Source: an uncultured archaeon (GTDB taxonomy: Archaea; Iainarchaeota; Iainarchaeia; Iainarchaeales; CSSED10-239). From it: a stretch of 28,596 nt of DNA. Where the stretch lies: positions 1-28,596 of the forward strand of contig CAZPGO010000004.1 in assembly GCA_964586355.1 (NCBI GenBank), read 5' to 3'. The notes under the pieces are model-generated. The model saw only the letters and a list, made by a program, of their open reading frames with translations. It searched no databases and was not told the origin of the DNA. The translations under genes were made by a program, and so were the position numbers. This document shows, in pieces, positions 1 to 8,731 of the stretch (position 1 is its first letter; every line of letters starts with the position of its first letter).

Positions 1-113
1 GCAAATCCACCAACAGGGTTTATACTACTTGCAACACCAGCAAATACATTCCCCATGATCAATATGGTAAATAAAAAACCAAAAAATAACTTAAAATAAT
101 TTTTTGTACCCAT
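1..113 (-). CDS. N-terminal fragment of a secreted or membrane protein (gene runs off the left edge)
   Basis: ATG at 113-111 on the minus strand opens a frame that stays open to position 1. The translation MGTKNYFKLFFGFLFTILIMGNVFAGVASSINPVGGFA looks like a signal peptide or TM anchor. It is absent from the ORF track because it is truncated. Confidence 0.3.
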   Translation of the reverse strand, partial: MGTKNYFKLFFGFLFTILIMGNVFAGVASSINPVGGF

Positions 114-380
114 TTTTCTTTTCCCCCTAAAATAAATTTTTTATCTGTTTATTGTTTATTAAAATTACGATCAAAAGAGATCGTAGCCCTAAATATTTTT
201 TTTCTCAATGGCTGTATTTGACTAATCCCTTGTGTGTTTTATAAAACATTAATGATCTCTAAAATACAGCGTTCTATTATATTATTGAAACAAAAGGTTT
301 TTAAATCCTTTAACTAAATAATAACCAATATATAATTATCTTTTAACTAACTATTTATTACTAAATAACCTTTAAATGAT

Positions 381-692
381 ATGACTAATATTAAAAAATC
401 AGATTATAATAAAGATAATTATCATTTATTGGGTAAGATCTTAGCTGCCCCTAATAAAAAAAAGATAATGTATTCTTTATCAATCCCATTAACACCTAAA
501 GAAATTACAAAAAAAACAGATCTTAATTTTCCTACTGTTTCTAAAAACATTAAGGATCTTGAAGATCTTGGTTTGTTGAGTATTCAAAATAAAGATCTAA
601 AAAAAGGAAAAGTTGTAATAATAAACTCAAAAGGAAAGGAGCTCTTAAAAGATCTTGAAAAAAGAGAACAAGAGAAAAAAGAAAAAATCTAA
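381..692 (+). CDS. small winged helix-turn-helix transcriptional regulator (ArsR/MarR-like)
   Basis: 103-aa ORF. The segment LTPKEITKKTDLNFPTVSKNIKDLEDLGLLS reads as helix-turn-helix followed by a wing (KKGKVVIINSKG), then a charged tail. Confidence 0.6.
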   Translation: MTNIKKSDYNKDNYHLLGKILAAPNKKKIMYSLSIPLTPKEITKKTDLNFPTVSKNIKDLEDLGLLSIQNKDLKKGKVVIINSKGKELLKDLEKREQEKKEKI

Positions 693-721
693 ATTAATCT
701 TTTATAGTCTTTATAAAAAAA

Positions 722-2035
722 TTATTTAATTCTATCCTTTAACAGATCAAGATCTATTTTTTTAGATTCAATAATCTTTTGCTTTATTTGCTCTATTGTG
801 TTCTTCTTGGTATTATGTTCTGTTATAAATAACATAACTGTTGTAGAAAGATTAGTCAAGATAATAAACAAGAAAGCAACAGGTATAATCATTCTAGTAA
901 TCTCATTATTAATACCCATAGCTAACGGAAATGTTGCAAGAACTGCAGCAGCAAGACCTCTAGCATGCAGACCAACAATATAATTACTATCTTTTTTAAG
1001 ATTGCTTTCTTTTCTATAAAGCATTTTTATAATTAGTATTCTTGTAAGTATTGCAACCAATACTAAAACAATAGTTATTAGTATGGCTTTTAGACTAAGC
1101 CCACTAAAATCAACAATAATTCCTAAATAGATAAAAAAAAATGATTTTATAAATAATGAAAATTCTGTTTGAAATTTTTTAATACTTTCTGTAACATCAA
1201 AACCATCTTGAACGCTTTCTTTATTTTTATTAAATTTAACAGATCTAAATATAGCAAGATAATTTCCAAGAACAATTCCAAACATCAAAGCACAAAAAGC
1301 ACCATTTCCTTTTAAAAATTCTGAAGCTACATAAATAATTATTAAAAAGGAAAAGGTCAACATATATCCAAACTCACTAGCATACCTAAACTTCTTTAAA
1401 ACTCCAACCCAGGTAATTCCTGCAACTAAACCAATAACAACAGAGATTGCATATGCTGCAAAGATATTTTGTACAATTAGTTGAATATTTGTGCTTTGCG
1501 AGACAATTATATCTAAAACCGCTATTGCAAAAACAACACACAAAGAATCAGTTATTGCAGATTCTAGTGTTAAAAAAGTTTTAGTGTCTTCAGTTGCTGA
1601 AGAAGCACTTACTAATGGAACAATTACTGCTGAACTTGTTCCTCCTACTATTGCTCCAATTAAAATACCATATATTAAGGAAATATTAAAAACAAAGTAT
1701 AGTGTAACACTAGATAAAGTTATAGTAAATAAAAACACTAACAAAGTAAATAAAGTAGCATTCTTAAACTCTGTTAGGACTTTATAAAAATTAAGATGTA
1801 GACCACCTTCAAACAACAAAACCATTAATGCTAAAGCTCCAAAAAATGGTGCAAAACTTTTAAGTAGTGCTAATGGTTCTGCTGGAATGATGTTTAACCC
1901 AGGTCCTAACAAGAAACCTATTAGTATTAGAAAAAAAAGATCTGATATTTTTGTTTTTCTAAAAAACAGATTTCCAAAAAAGCCTATTAAAAATATTCCT
2001 GCAATAAATAATAAAAGTATATTTGTGTCTATCAT
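722..2035 (-). CDS. cation:proton antiporter (CPA1/CPA2, NhaP/Kef-like)
   Basis: 437-aa ORF, hydrophobic throughout with roughly a dozen predicted helices and a short charged C-terminal tail. The layout is typical of Na+(K+)/H+ exchangers. The family call is pattern recognition only. Confidence 0.7.
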   Translation of the reverse strand: MIDTNILLLFIAGIFLIGFFGNLFFRKTKISDLFFLILIGFLLGPGLNIIPAEPLALLKSFAPFFGALALMVLLFEGGLHLNFYKVLTEFKNATLFTLLVFLFTITLSSVTLYFVFNISLIYGILIGAIVGGTSSAVIVPLVSASSATEDTKTFLTLESAITDSLCVVFAIAVLDIIVSQSTNIQLIVQNIFAAYAISVVIGLVAGITWVGVLKKFRYASEFGYMLTFSFLIIIYVASEFLKGNGAFCALMFGIVLGNYLAIFRSVKFNKNKESVQDGFDVTESIKKFQTEFSLFIKSFFFIYLGIIVDFSGLSLKAILITIVLVLVAILTRILIIKMLYRKESNLKKDSNYIVGLHARGLAAAVLATFPLAMGINNEITRMIIPVAFLFIILTNLSTTVMLFITEHNTKKNTIEQIKQKIIESKKIDLDLLKDRIK

Positions 2036-2099
2036 AATTATTTCTCTTTAATCGCTATCAAAATAAATACATAAATAGTTTTTAAAACTATTCCTTACT

Positions 2100-3044
2100 C
2101 TAAAATTCTTTTAAAATACCCTCATCACTAAGATTTTCTAAGGATTTTATCATTACTAATGGAAAAGTAATGGTTACATCTCCAATAACAGTAACAGCAT
2201 CAGCATCATCTTTAATCTTTCCCCAGGATTTTGCTTCATCTGTTGTTGCTCCTGAAAGTGATCCTGATCTAGGGGATGCTGTTGTCATATAAAGAGCATA
2301 GTCTGCTCCACCATTAATTAAGGTTGTTAAGATCACATGATGTTTTGATACTCCCCCACCAAGAGCAATTATTCCTTTTTTTTCATCATGTGTTGTTGAA
2401 AAAATAATTTGTTTAAAGTCTTCTATAACATCTACAAAGAAATCAGGATGATCTTGTTTAAATAAAAACAAATGGAAACCTAAAGATCCATCTGTTATTG
2501 CTGGGCAAAAAACAGAAACATTGTTTTTTGCTGCTTGATATAAAAATGAGTTTTCATCATCTAGTTTTAGTCCTATTTCTTTTAATAGATCTGTTACTGA
2601 CCAAACTTTTTTAATTTTATATAGTTCTAATAAATATCCTTGCATTTGTGCTTCAAACTTTGAGTATGTTTCATTAGTTATTAGAATATTTCCTACTCTA
2701 TTATGTCCATTTTCATAAAGTTCTTGATCATCTGCTCTAAATGATCCTAGTATAAACTTTTCTCCTTTACTTTTCATAATATCTTCTTCAATTGAGCCAA
2801 CTGTTGTACAAATAACATCAACCATTTTTAGTTTAATTATTTGTGCAAAAAATCCTCTTAGTCCTGATGTTACCATATTAGATGTAAATGATAAATAGAT
2901 CTTTGCCCCTTCTTTTTTCATTTTTGTTATAAGATCTGATGCTCTTGAGATTTCTGTGGATTGATATCCAACTGATGAATATTGATCTACAATTTCTTTT
3001 ACTGTTATTCCTTTTTTCCAGGATAGGTCTTTTGTGTATTTCAT
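2100..3044 (-). CDS. dys: deoxyhypusine synthase
   Basis: 314 aa, with LSFTSNMVTSGLRG and the active-site block LGGGVSKHH (compare the GGGVVKHH lysine motif of eukaryotic and archaeal DHS). Length and order of conserved blocks fit archaeal DHS. Confidence 0.85.
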   Translation of the reverse strand: MKYTKDLSWKKGITVKEIVDQYSSVGYQSTEISRASDLITKMKKEGAKIYLSFTSNMVTSGLRGFFAQIIKLKMVDVICTTVGSIEEDIMKSKGEKFILGSFRADDQELYENGHNRVGNILITNETYSKFEAQMQGYLLELYKIKKVWSVTDLLKEIGLKLDDENSFLYQAAKNNVSVFCPAITDGSLGFHLFLFKQDHPDFFVDVIEDFKQIIFSTTHDEKKGIIALGGGVSKHHVILTTLINGGADYALYMTTASPRSGSLSGATTDEAKSWGKIKDDADAVTVIGDVTITFPLVMIKSLENLSDEGILKEF

Positions 3045-3243
3045 ATTTATTTCTTATTTTTAATTATATATAATATATTAGATAGAAAAAGAAATATAAA
3101 ACATTTGATATTAGATATAAACTTTAATCTTACAAAAAATAATTTAATTTTAAATTTAAAATAATAGATCTTTTTATAAAAAAATTTTAAATTAGAAAAA
3201 GAAAAAATAGAAAAAAAGCTAAAAAGCTTTTTTTGGGTTTTTG

Positions 3244-3270
3244 AAAAAAAAAGGTTAAGTTTCTAACCTT
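3244..3270 (-). terminator. hairpin plus T-run downstream of ftsZ
   Basis: Minus-strand reading is AAGGTTA-GAAACT-TAACCTT (7-bp stem overlapping the ftsZ stop codon) followed by T7. A second symmetric hairpin, AAAAAGCT-AAAA-AGCTTTTT, lies at about 3213-3234. Confidence 0.4.
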
Positions 3271-4369
3271 ATATCATATCTATTCCAAAGTCATCATTAT
3301 ACTTTGAAGAGTATCCTGATCCTCTTACAGGTTCCTTGCCACCAGTATATTTCTTACTTCCTTTAATGAATGGTGATTTTACTCCAGTAAAAATTGCAAT
3401 AACTTCTAACTTATTCTCAAAAGTTGGATCAATTCTTGCACCCCAAATTACTGATGCGTTTGGATCGATTTGTTCTGTTAACATTTCACCAACAGCATTT
3501 GCTTCACCAAGTGTTAATTCGGTTCCACCTGTTATGTGGATTAAACATCCTGTTGCTCCTGTAATGTCAACATCTAATAATGCATTCTTTAATGTATCTT
3601 CACAAACTTCATCTACTTTATTTACAGATTGTGATTCTCCAACAGCAATTACTGATAATCCTTTACCGCACATCACTGTTCTAATATCTGCATAATCTAA
3701 GTTGATTAATGATGGTTGTGTTATTGTTTCTGTAATTCCTCTTACAGCTCTTGCAATTACTTCATCTGCTACTTTGAATGCGTCTTGTACTGGTAAGTTT
3801 GGAACTAATTCTACTAATCTATTGTTATCTATTACAACAACAGTATCACAAATATCTTTTAATACATCAATACCTTCTTCTGCTTTTCTCATTCTTGCTC
3901 TTTCTAAAGCAAATGGATATGTTACAATTGCAACAACAATTGCTCCTTGTTGTTTAGCTATTTGTGCAACAACTGGTGCAGCTCCTGTACCTGTTCCTCC
4001 ACCCATTCCTGCAGTAACAAATAATAGGTCAACACCATCTAATAATTCTTCTAATGCTGCTTTACTTACTTCAGCAGCTTTAGCACCAACTTCTGGGTAG
4101 GCTCCAGCACCTAATCCGTTTGTTACTGATTTTCCAATTAATAATTTTGTTATATCATCTGATATAATACCTAAGTGTGCTCTATCAGTATTGATTGCAA
4201 CCAATTCTGCTCCAGCAACACCCATTGCTGAGATTCTATTTACTGAGTTGTTTCCAGCTCCACCAACACCAATAACCATAATCTTTGGTGCAGCAAATTC
4301 TCCGTCTTTTGCATATTCTGCTGGACTTGCTTCTCTTCCAGAGACTGCCTTTTCTATTAGTGATTTCAC
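3269..4369 (-). CDS. ftsZ: cell division GTPase FtsZ
   Basis: [15 protein letters not shown] and the tubulin signature [13 protein letters not shown] are all present. The 366-aa length is typical. Confidence 0.95.
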   Translation of the reverse strand: MKSLIEKAVSGREASPAEYAKDGEFAAPKIMVIGVGGAGNNSVNRISAMGVAGAELVAINTDRAHLGIISDDITKLLIGKSVTNGLGAGAYPEVGAKAAEVSKAALEELLDGVDLLFVTAGMGGGTGTGAAPVVAQIAKQQGAIVVAIVTYPFALERARMRKAEEGIDVLKDICDTVVVIDNNRLVELVPNLPVQDAFKVADEVIARAVRGITETITQPSLINLDYADIRTVMCGKGLSVIAVGESQSVNKVDEVCEDTLKNALLDVDITGATGCLIHITGGTELTLGEANAVGEMLTEQIDPNASVIWGARIDPTFENKLEVIAIFTGVKSPFIKGSKKYTGGKEPVRGSGYSSKYNDDFGIDMI

Positions 4370-4493
4370 AAAAACCCACCTCTATTTTTTCTTTTTTTGT
4401 AGTTATTTTAAAAAAAGAAGCAAGATTTACACTTCTTTTTTTTAAAAATCAAAAAAAAACATTTGATTTAATTATATTATACAACATTCTCTT

Positions 4494-4501
4494 TTTAAAT
4501 A
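4494..4501 (+). promoter_or_regulatory. archaeal TATA-box candidate for the SRP RNA gene
   Basis: TTTAAATA lies about 20-27 nt upstream of the first base of the terminal SRP RNA helix (4521) and matches the archaeal TTTAWATA consensus. Confidence 0.4.
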
Positions 4502-4520
4502 TATTGGTGAATAATATCTT

Positions 4521-4794
4521 TGTGTGAGCTATATCGGGGGGCTTGCGGTCCCTTGTTGCCAGAAATCCGCATATGCTGGGATTATCTCTAAGTCTAGGGA
4601 AATAAGTAATATTTCGCTCTTTGTATAGTTGCTGACAATTCGTCCAATAAGAGTGGTTTTTTTAGCTAACCCTGTCAGATCCGGAAGGAAGCAGCAGTAA
4701 ACTAAATAACCATTGCTTAATGGGTTGCGGATTCGAGATTATATAAAGATCTACGAAGTATTAAACTGTTTTTCAAAACTTAGATGCTCACACA
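4521..4794 (+). ncRNA. ffs: signal recognition particle RNA (archaeal 7S-type)
   Basis: The conserved helix-8 motif GTCAGATCCGGAAGGAAGCAGC sits at about 4674-4695. The 5' TGTGTGAGC (4521-4529) pairs perfectly with the 3' GCTCACACA (4786-4794) and is followed by T6. It is a GC-enriched island in AT-rich DNA, and 274 nt fits an archaeal SRP RNA rather than bacterial 4.5S. Confidence 0.85.
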
Positions 4795-5026
4795 TTTTTT
4801 AATTATAACCAATTTCTTCTGAAAAAATTATTTTTTACAGCTATATTTAGAGATTAAATTACACAACACAAAGAAAAAGCGTTATTTTTCCTTTTTTTGC
4901 GATAAAGAGTGTTATATTTTCTTTAAAAAAACGAAAATAAAACACCTAAAACAAAAATACTCTTATTTTTATACATTTCTTAACAGTATATTTTATATTA
5001 TGGTAGATCATATAAGAGGAATAAAA

Positions 5027-6943
5027 ATGAATATAAACATAAAATTACCAGATGGTTCAATAGTATCAACAGAATCAGGAATTAGTGCAAAAGATTTTAT
5101 TAAAAATAATATTGGCGAAGGTCTATTAAGATCTGCTCTTGCAATAAAAGTAGATGATAGATTAATGGATCTTTCTAGCTCTTTAGATAAAGATTCAAAT
5201 CTAACAGTAATAACCTATAAAAATGAAGAAGGTAAAGAGATCTATAATCATAGCTCCAGCCACATTATGGCTCTTGCAGTAAAAAGATTATTTTCTGATG
5301 TTAAGTTTGGAATTGGTCCTGCTATTGAAAATGGATTTTATTATGATTTTGATTTAAAGAGTTCTTTTTCTGAAAAAGATCTTAAAAAAATAGAAGAAGA
5401 AGCAAATAAAATAATAAAAGAAGATCTTAAATTTGAAAGATTTGAAATAGATTTTGATCAGGCTTTAGAAGTTTTTAAAGATCAACCACACAAACTAGAA
5501 ATGATTAATGATATTAAAAAAAAGGGAGAAAAACTCTCTTATTATAAAGTAGGAGACTTTACTGATTTATGTAGAGGACCACACCTAGAATCCACAGGAA
5601 AAATAAAAGCTTTTAAGATTCTTAAGGCTTCTGGTGCTTATTGGAAGGGGGATTCAAAAAACAAACAACTTCAAAGAATATATGGTGTTTCTTATCCATC
5701 ACAAACTGAACTAAAAGAATATTTAACAAAACTAGAGGAAGCTTCAAAAAGAGATCATAGAAAAATTGGACAAGAATTAGATCTTTACAGCTTTCAAGAA
5801 GAAGCCCCTGGTATGCCTTTTTTCCATGCTAATGGCACTCTTATTTGGAACACTTTAGTTGATTTTGTTTCTGATAAAATGATTAAAAGAAATTATGAGA
5901 TTAACAAAACACCAATAATATTAAATCAATCACTATGGTTACAATCAGGACATTGGGACCACTATAAAGATAACATGTATTTTACAAAAATAGATGATCA
6001 GGATTTTGCAGTAAAACCTATGAACTGTCCAGGACATATTTTAATCTATAAAGCACATCAATATTCTTATAGAGATCTACCAATAAGAGCAGGAGAGTTT
6101 GGATTAGTTCATAGACATGAGTTGTCTGGTGTTCTTTCTGGGTTATTTAGAGTAAGATGCTTTACTCAAGACGATGCTCATGTTTTTTGTACAAAGGAAC
6201 AAATGAAGGAAGAAATTTTAGATCTTATTAATTTCATTGATGAAGTGTATACGACTTTTGGTTTCTCCTATCATATGGAACTATCCACAAGACCAGAAAA
6301 GGCTATGGGTGATTCAAAATTATGGGATCTTGCTGAAACTACTTTAAAAGAGGTTCTAGATTCTACAAAAAAAGAATATAAGGTTAATGAAGGGGATGGA
6401 GCTTTCTATGGTCCAAAAATAGACTTTCATCTAAATGATGCTATTGGAAGAACCTGGCAATGTGGAACCATACAACTAGATTTTCAAATGCCTGAAAAAT
6501 TTGATCTAACTTATGAAGGGCCAAATAATCAAAAGATTAGACCAGTTATGATTCACAGAGCAATCTTAGGAAGTGTTGAGAGGTTTTTAGGAATATTAGT
6601 TGAACATTTTGAGGGTAAATTTCCATTGTGGATTTCTCCAATCCAAGTTATTGTGCTTCCTATTGCTGATAGACATAACAAGTATGCTAAAGAGATTTCA
6701 AAAAAGTTAAAAGAGAATGGTTTTAGAGTAGATATTGATCAGGCCTCTTTGACAATGAACAAGAAGATCAGAAATGCTGAGCTAAGAAAGATCAATTATA
6801 TTTTGGTTGTTGGAGATAAGGAAGAAGAAAATAAAACCATTAACATAAGAACAAGAAATAATGAGATTTTAGGAGAAAAGGATCTAGATTCTTTTATTAA
6901 AGATCTAAAGGAAGAAATTAAAAAAAAAGAAATTAAAAATTAA
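5027..6943 (+). CDS. thrS: threonyl-tRNA synthetase, full-length bacterial-type (TGS + N2 editing + catalytic + anticodon-binding)
   Basis: MNINIKLPDGS is a TGS-type start. Editing motifs HSSSHIMALA and CRGPH are present. Zn and catalytic blocks PMNCPGH, FRVRCFTQDDAHVF and HRAILGSVERF are present, plus the C-terminal FPLWISPIQVIVLPI. I prefer ATG 5027 (AGAGGA 8 nt upstream) to the track start at 5000. Confidence 0.95.
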   Translation: MNINIKLPDGSIVSTESGISAKDFIKNNIGEGLLRSALAIKVDDRLMDLSSSLDKDSNLTVITYKNEEGKEIYNHSSSHIMALAVKRLFSDVKFGIGPAIENGFYYDFDLKSSFSEKDLKKIEEEANKIIKEDLKFERFEIDFDQALEVFKDQPHKLEMINDIKKKGEKLSYYKVGDFTDLCRGPHLESTGKIKAFKILKASGAYWKGDSKNKQLQRIYGVSYPSQTELKEYLTKLEEASKRDHRKIGQELDLYSFQEEAPGMPFFHANGTLIWNTLVDFVSDKMIKRNYEINKTPIILNQSLWLQSGHWDHYKDNMYFTKIDDQDFAVKPMNCPGHILIYKAHQYSYRDLPIRAGEFGLVHRHELSGVLSGLFRVRCFTQDDAHVFCTKEQMKEEILDLINFIDEVYTTFGFSYHMELSTRPEKAMGDSKLWDLAETTLKEVLDSTKKEYKVNEGDGAFYGPKIDFHLNDAIGRTWQCGTIQLDFQMPEKFDLTYEGPNNQKIRPVMIHRAILGSVERFLGILVEHFEGKFPLWISPIQVIVLPIADRHNKYAKEISKKLKENGFRVDIDQASLTMNKKIRNAELRKINYILVVGDKEEENKTINIRTRNNEILGEKDLDSFIKDLKEEIKKKEIKN

Positions 6944-8069
6944 AAGTAAATGAAATATATACTTCTCTAAGTTCTATTTTTGTTACTGGCAATTCATTAT
7001 GAACTAACACGCCATTAACAAATAGATTTTTATTATTTTTAACTGTTAAAGTATAAGTTACTTTATCATTATTTTTTATGTGTTTTTTTGAAGTGACTAA
7101 TATTGGATTGCCATTGTCTAAAATATAATCTTTATTTACTTTCAGATCATCAACTTCTATATATCCTTTATCTATTACATAAATTTCGTGACCAGAAGTA
7201 AGTTCAAGTTTGTTATTTATTCTAAAATAAGATTCTGGTTTATTTTCTTTTACAAAGGTAATCTCATCTTCTTCAAAAGTATTATTTTCTAAATTATAAG
7301 ATAAAACTTTATCTCCAACTAAAACATCTTGAACAAAAACAGAATTTCCATTAGCTAATAAAACTGTTTGTCCCTCAACAACACAAGTTTTTACAGACCC
7401 ACCTCCAGATCCACAAACACCTAAAATACAAATGCCTGTTCCACCACCACAAGACGTACATTTAGGTGTCGGGAAATCAGGAAAATCAGGCCAATTTATA
7501 CCACCAGAATCACTACCAGGTGGATTATTTGGATCAAAATCTCCACCAGAAGGTTCTTCTGGATCAAAATATAAAACATAATCATTAGTATTTTCAGCAA
7601 ATTGTGTTTCTTCATAATTTTGAACAGATAAATTATTTAAATACTCTAATTTATTATAAGAATCAAAAATAACTTGCGCCTTTAACAAATCTGAAGATCC
7701 TGATTTTTTTAATTCTATAATTTGCGCTCTTTTTTCAGATTCTGATAATGTTCTTCCAGTTTTACAATCGCTTATACCTTTTTCATTAATAACAGTCTCA
7801 ATATTTTTTATTGCGAACGCATACATTCTTTCAAAATCTTTATCAAAAGTTTTACTTTTTGGGTCTAATGCTCCATAAACAGTAACTGTTACAACTCTGT
7901 TTGCTTCATCAATTTTTATTTCTTTTTCAAAATTTAAACTATTTGTTTTTATGGAATTTCCAATAACTTGTGGAACTCCAAGTAGTGATAAGGTCAGCCC
8001 AATAATTAAACCAGAAAAAAGACCATATATAAAAAACAGTCTTGCGGATTTATTTTTTTTTAAATTCAC
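6933..8069 (-). CDS. membrane-anchored protein with Gly/Cys-rich linker and C-terminal Hint (intein/hedgehog-like) autoprocessing domain
   Basis: N-terminal TM anchor (LFFIYGLFSGLIIGLTLSLLG), then about 170 aa of extracytoplasmic region and the linker PKCTSCGGGTGICILGVCGSGGGSVKT. Hint blocks follow: CVVEGQTVLLANG (Cys229), LTSGHEIYV (TxxH), and TYTLTVKNNKNLFVNGVLVHN ending at Asn358. Only 20 aa come after the HN. The Hint domain spans nt 6996-7385. Confidence 0.8.
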   Translation of the reverse strand: MNLKKNKSARLFFIYGLFSGLIIGLTLSLLGVPQVIGNSIKTNSLNFEKEIKIDEANRVVTVTVYGALDPKSKTFDKDFERMYAFAIKNIETVINEKGISDCKTGRTLSESEKRAQIIELKKSGSSDLLKAQVIFDSYNKLEYLNNLSVQNYEETQFAENTNDYVLYFDPEEPSGGDFDPNNPPGSDSGGINWPDFPDFPTPKCTSCGGGTGICILGVCGSGGGSVKTCVVEGQTVLLANGNSVFVQDVLVGDKVLSYNLENNTFEEDEITFVKENKPESYFRINNKLELTSGHEIYVIDKGYIEVDDLKVNKDYILDNGNPILVTSKKHIKNNDKVTYTLTVKNNKNLFVNGVLVHNELPVTKIELREVYISFTFNF

Positions 8070-8214
8070 AAATATTCACTTTTAGTTTATTTATTCTATT
8101 AATGTTTGAGACAAATTATATTATAAATATATGGTTTATATAAATATTAGAAATGTTTTTATTTAAAACATTATATACGTTATTTAAATTTAAAAATAAA
8201 ATTGGTAATAATTT

Positions 8215-8622
8215 ATGAAAATATTTATGATCTCAAGTAAACACAATTACCATAAAATCGAAGATACAAAAAAAAATCTTGAAAAAAACGGGCACATAAT
8301 AACATTACCAAACTTTTTTGATGATCCATTTATTGAAGAAAGAACAAAATCTGATTTCAAAATTCATCAAAAATTTAAAGCAGAAGCATTTTTTATGCAA
8401 AGAAAAAAAGTTTCTGAAAATGATGCTGTGTTAGTTATGAATTTTGAAAAACATGGTCAACCAAACTACATTGGTGGCGCTACTTTTCTTGAAATGTATG
8501 AAGCGTTTATTCAAAATAAAAAAATATTTTTATTTAATGATATTCCTGAAGGTATATTAAAGGATGAAATTGAAGGATTTAATCCCATTATTATTAATGG
8601 GAATATAGATTTAATAAAATGA
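8215..8622 (+). CDS. nucleoside 2-deoxyribosyltransferase-like fold protein (tentative)
   Basis: 135 aa. The N-terminal KIFMISS strand and the block NDAVLVMNFEKHGQPNYIGGATFLEMYEAFIQNKKIFLF resemble the NDT/Rcl-like superfamily layout. This is a weak call based on pattern only. Confidence 0.4.
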   Translation: MKIFMISSKHNYHKIEDTKKNLEKNGHIITLPNFFDDPFIEERTKSDFKIHQKFKAEAFFMQRKKVSENDAVLVMNFEKHGQPNYIGGATFLEMYEAFIQNKKIFLFNDIPEGILKDEIEGFNPIIINGNIDLIK

Positions 8623-8708
8623 TAATCATGCCCAGAATAAAACCAAGATCTCCAATAAAAACTAGTAATCATTTTACTAAATTAATTTAAAAAATAAGAA
8701 AGAGTAAA

Positions 8709-8731
8709 ATCACCCATAAAAAATGGGTGAT
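8709..8731 (-). terminator. hairpin overlapping the stop codon of the ThrRS-like gene
   Basis: ATCACCCA-N7-TGGGTGAT is a perfect 8-bp stem spanning the last codons and the TGA stop, followed on the minus strand by T-rich sequence (TTTACTCTTTCTTATTTTTT). Confidence 0.35.

Noticed and set aside
798-1787. Plus-strand ORFs 798..983 and 1491..1787 inside the antiporter gene
   Set aside because: They are antisense shadows of a 437-aa membrane-protein gene, with no start context or motif.
3336-4445. Three long plus-strand ORFs (3336..3695, 3702..4100, 4191..4445) opposite ftsZ
   Set aside because: They lie entirely antisense to an unambiguous FtsZ gene, have low-complexity Ser/Thr/Ala/Pro-rich translations and no motifs. 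These are typical shadow ORFs of a Gly/Ala-rich gene.
4795-4999. Possible T-box or other riboswitch-like leader upstream of thrS
   Set aside because: The 200-bp region is very AT-rich, with only short direct repeats (GCGTTATTTTT / GTGTTATATTTT). I could find no specifier/antiterminator-like helices or conserved T-box sequence.
5000-5026. Track start codon of thrS at 5000 (MVDHIRGIK...)
   Set aside because: The ATG at 5027 has an AGAGGA ribosome-binding site and yields MNINIKLPDGS, matching the canonical ThrRS TGS-domain start. The 9 extra residues are probably not translated.
6996-7385. Hint domain as a classical selfish intein in a housekeeping gene
   Set aside because: The flanking sequence is not a known intein host, there is no homing-endonuclease insert, and the +1 residue is Glu rather than Cys/Ser/Thr. 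It is treated as a BIL/hedgehog-type processing domain instead.
8628-8687. 19-codon ORF MPRIKPRSPIKTSNHFTKLI between the NDT-like gene and the ThrRS-like gene
   Set aside because: It has no ribosome-binding site and lies in a convergent-terminator spacer. The composition is unremarkable, so it is likely chance.
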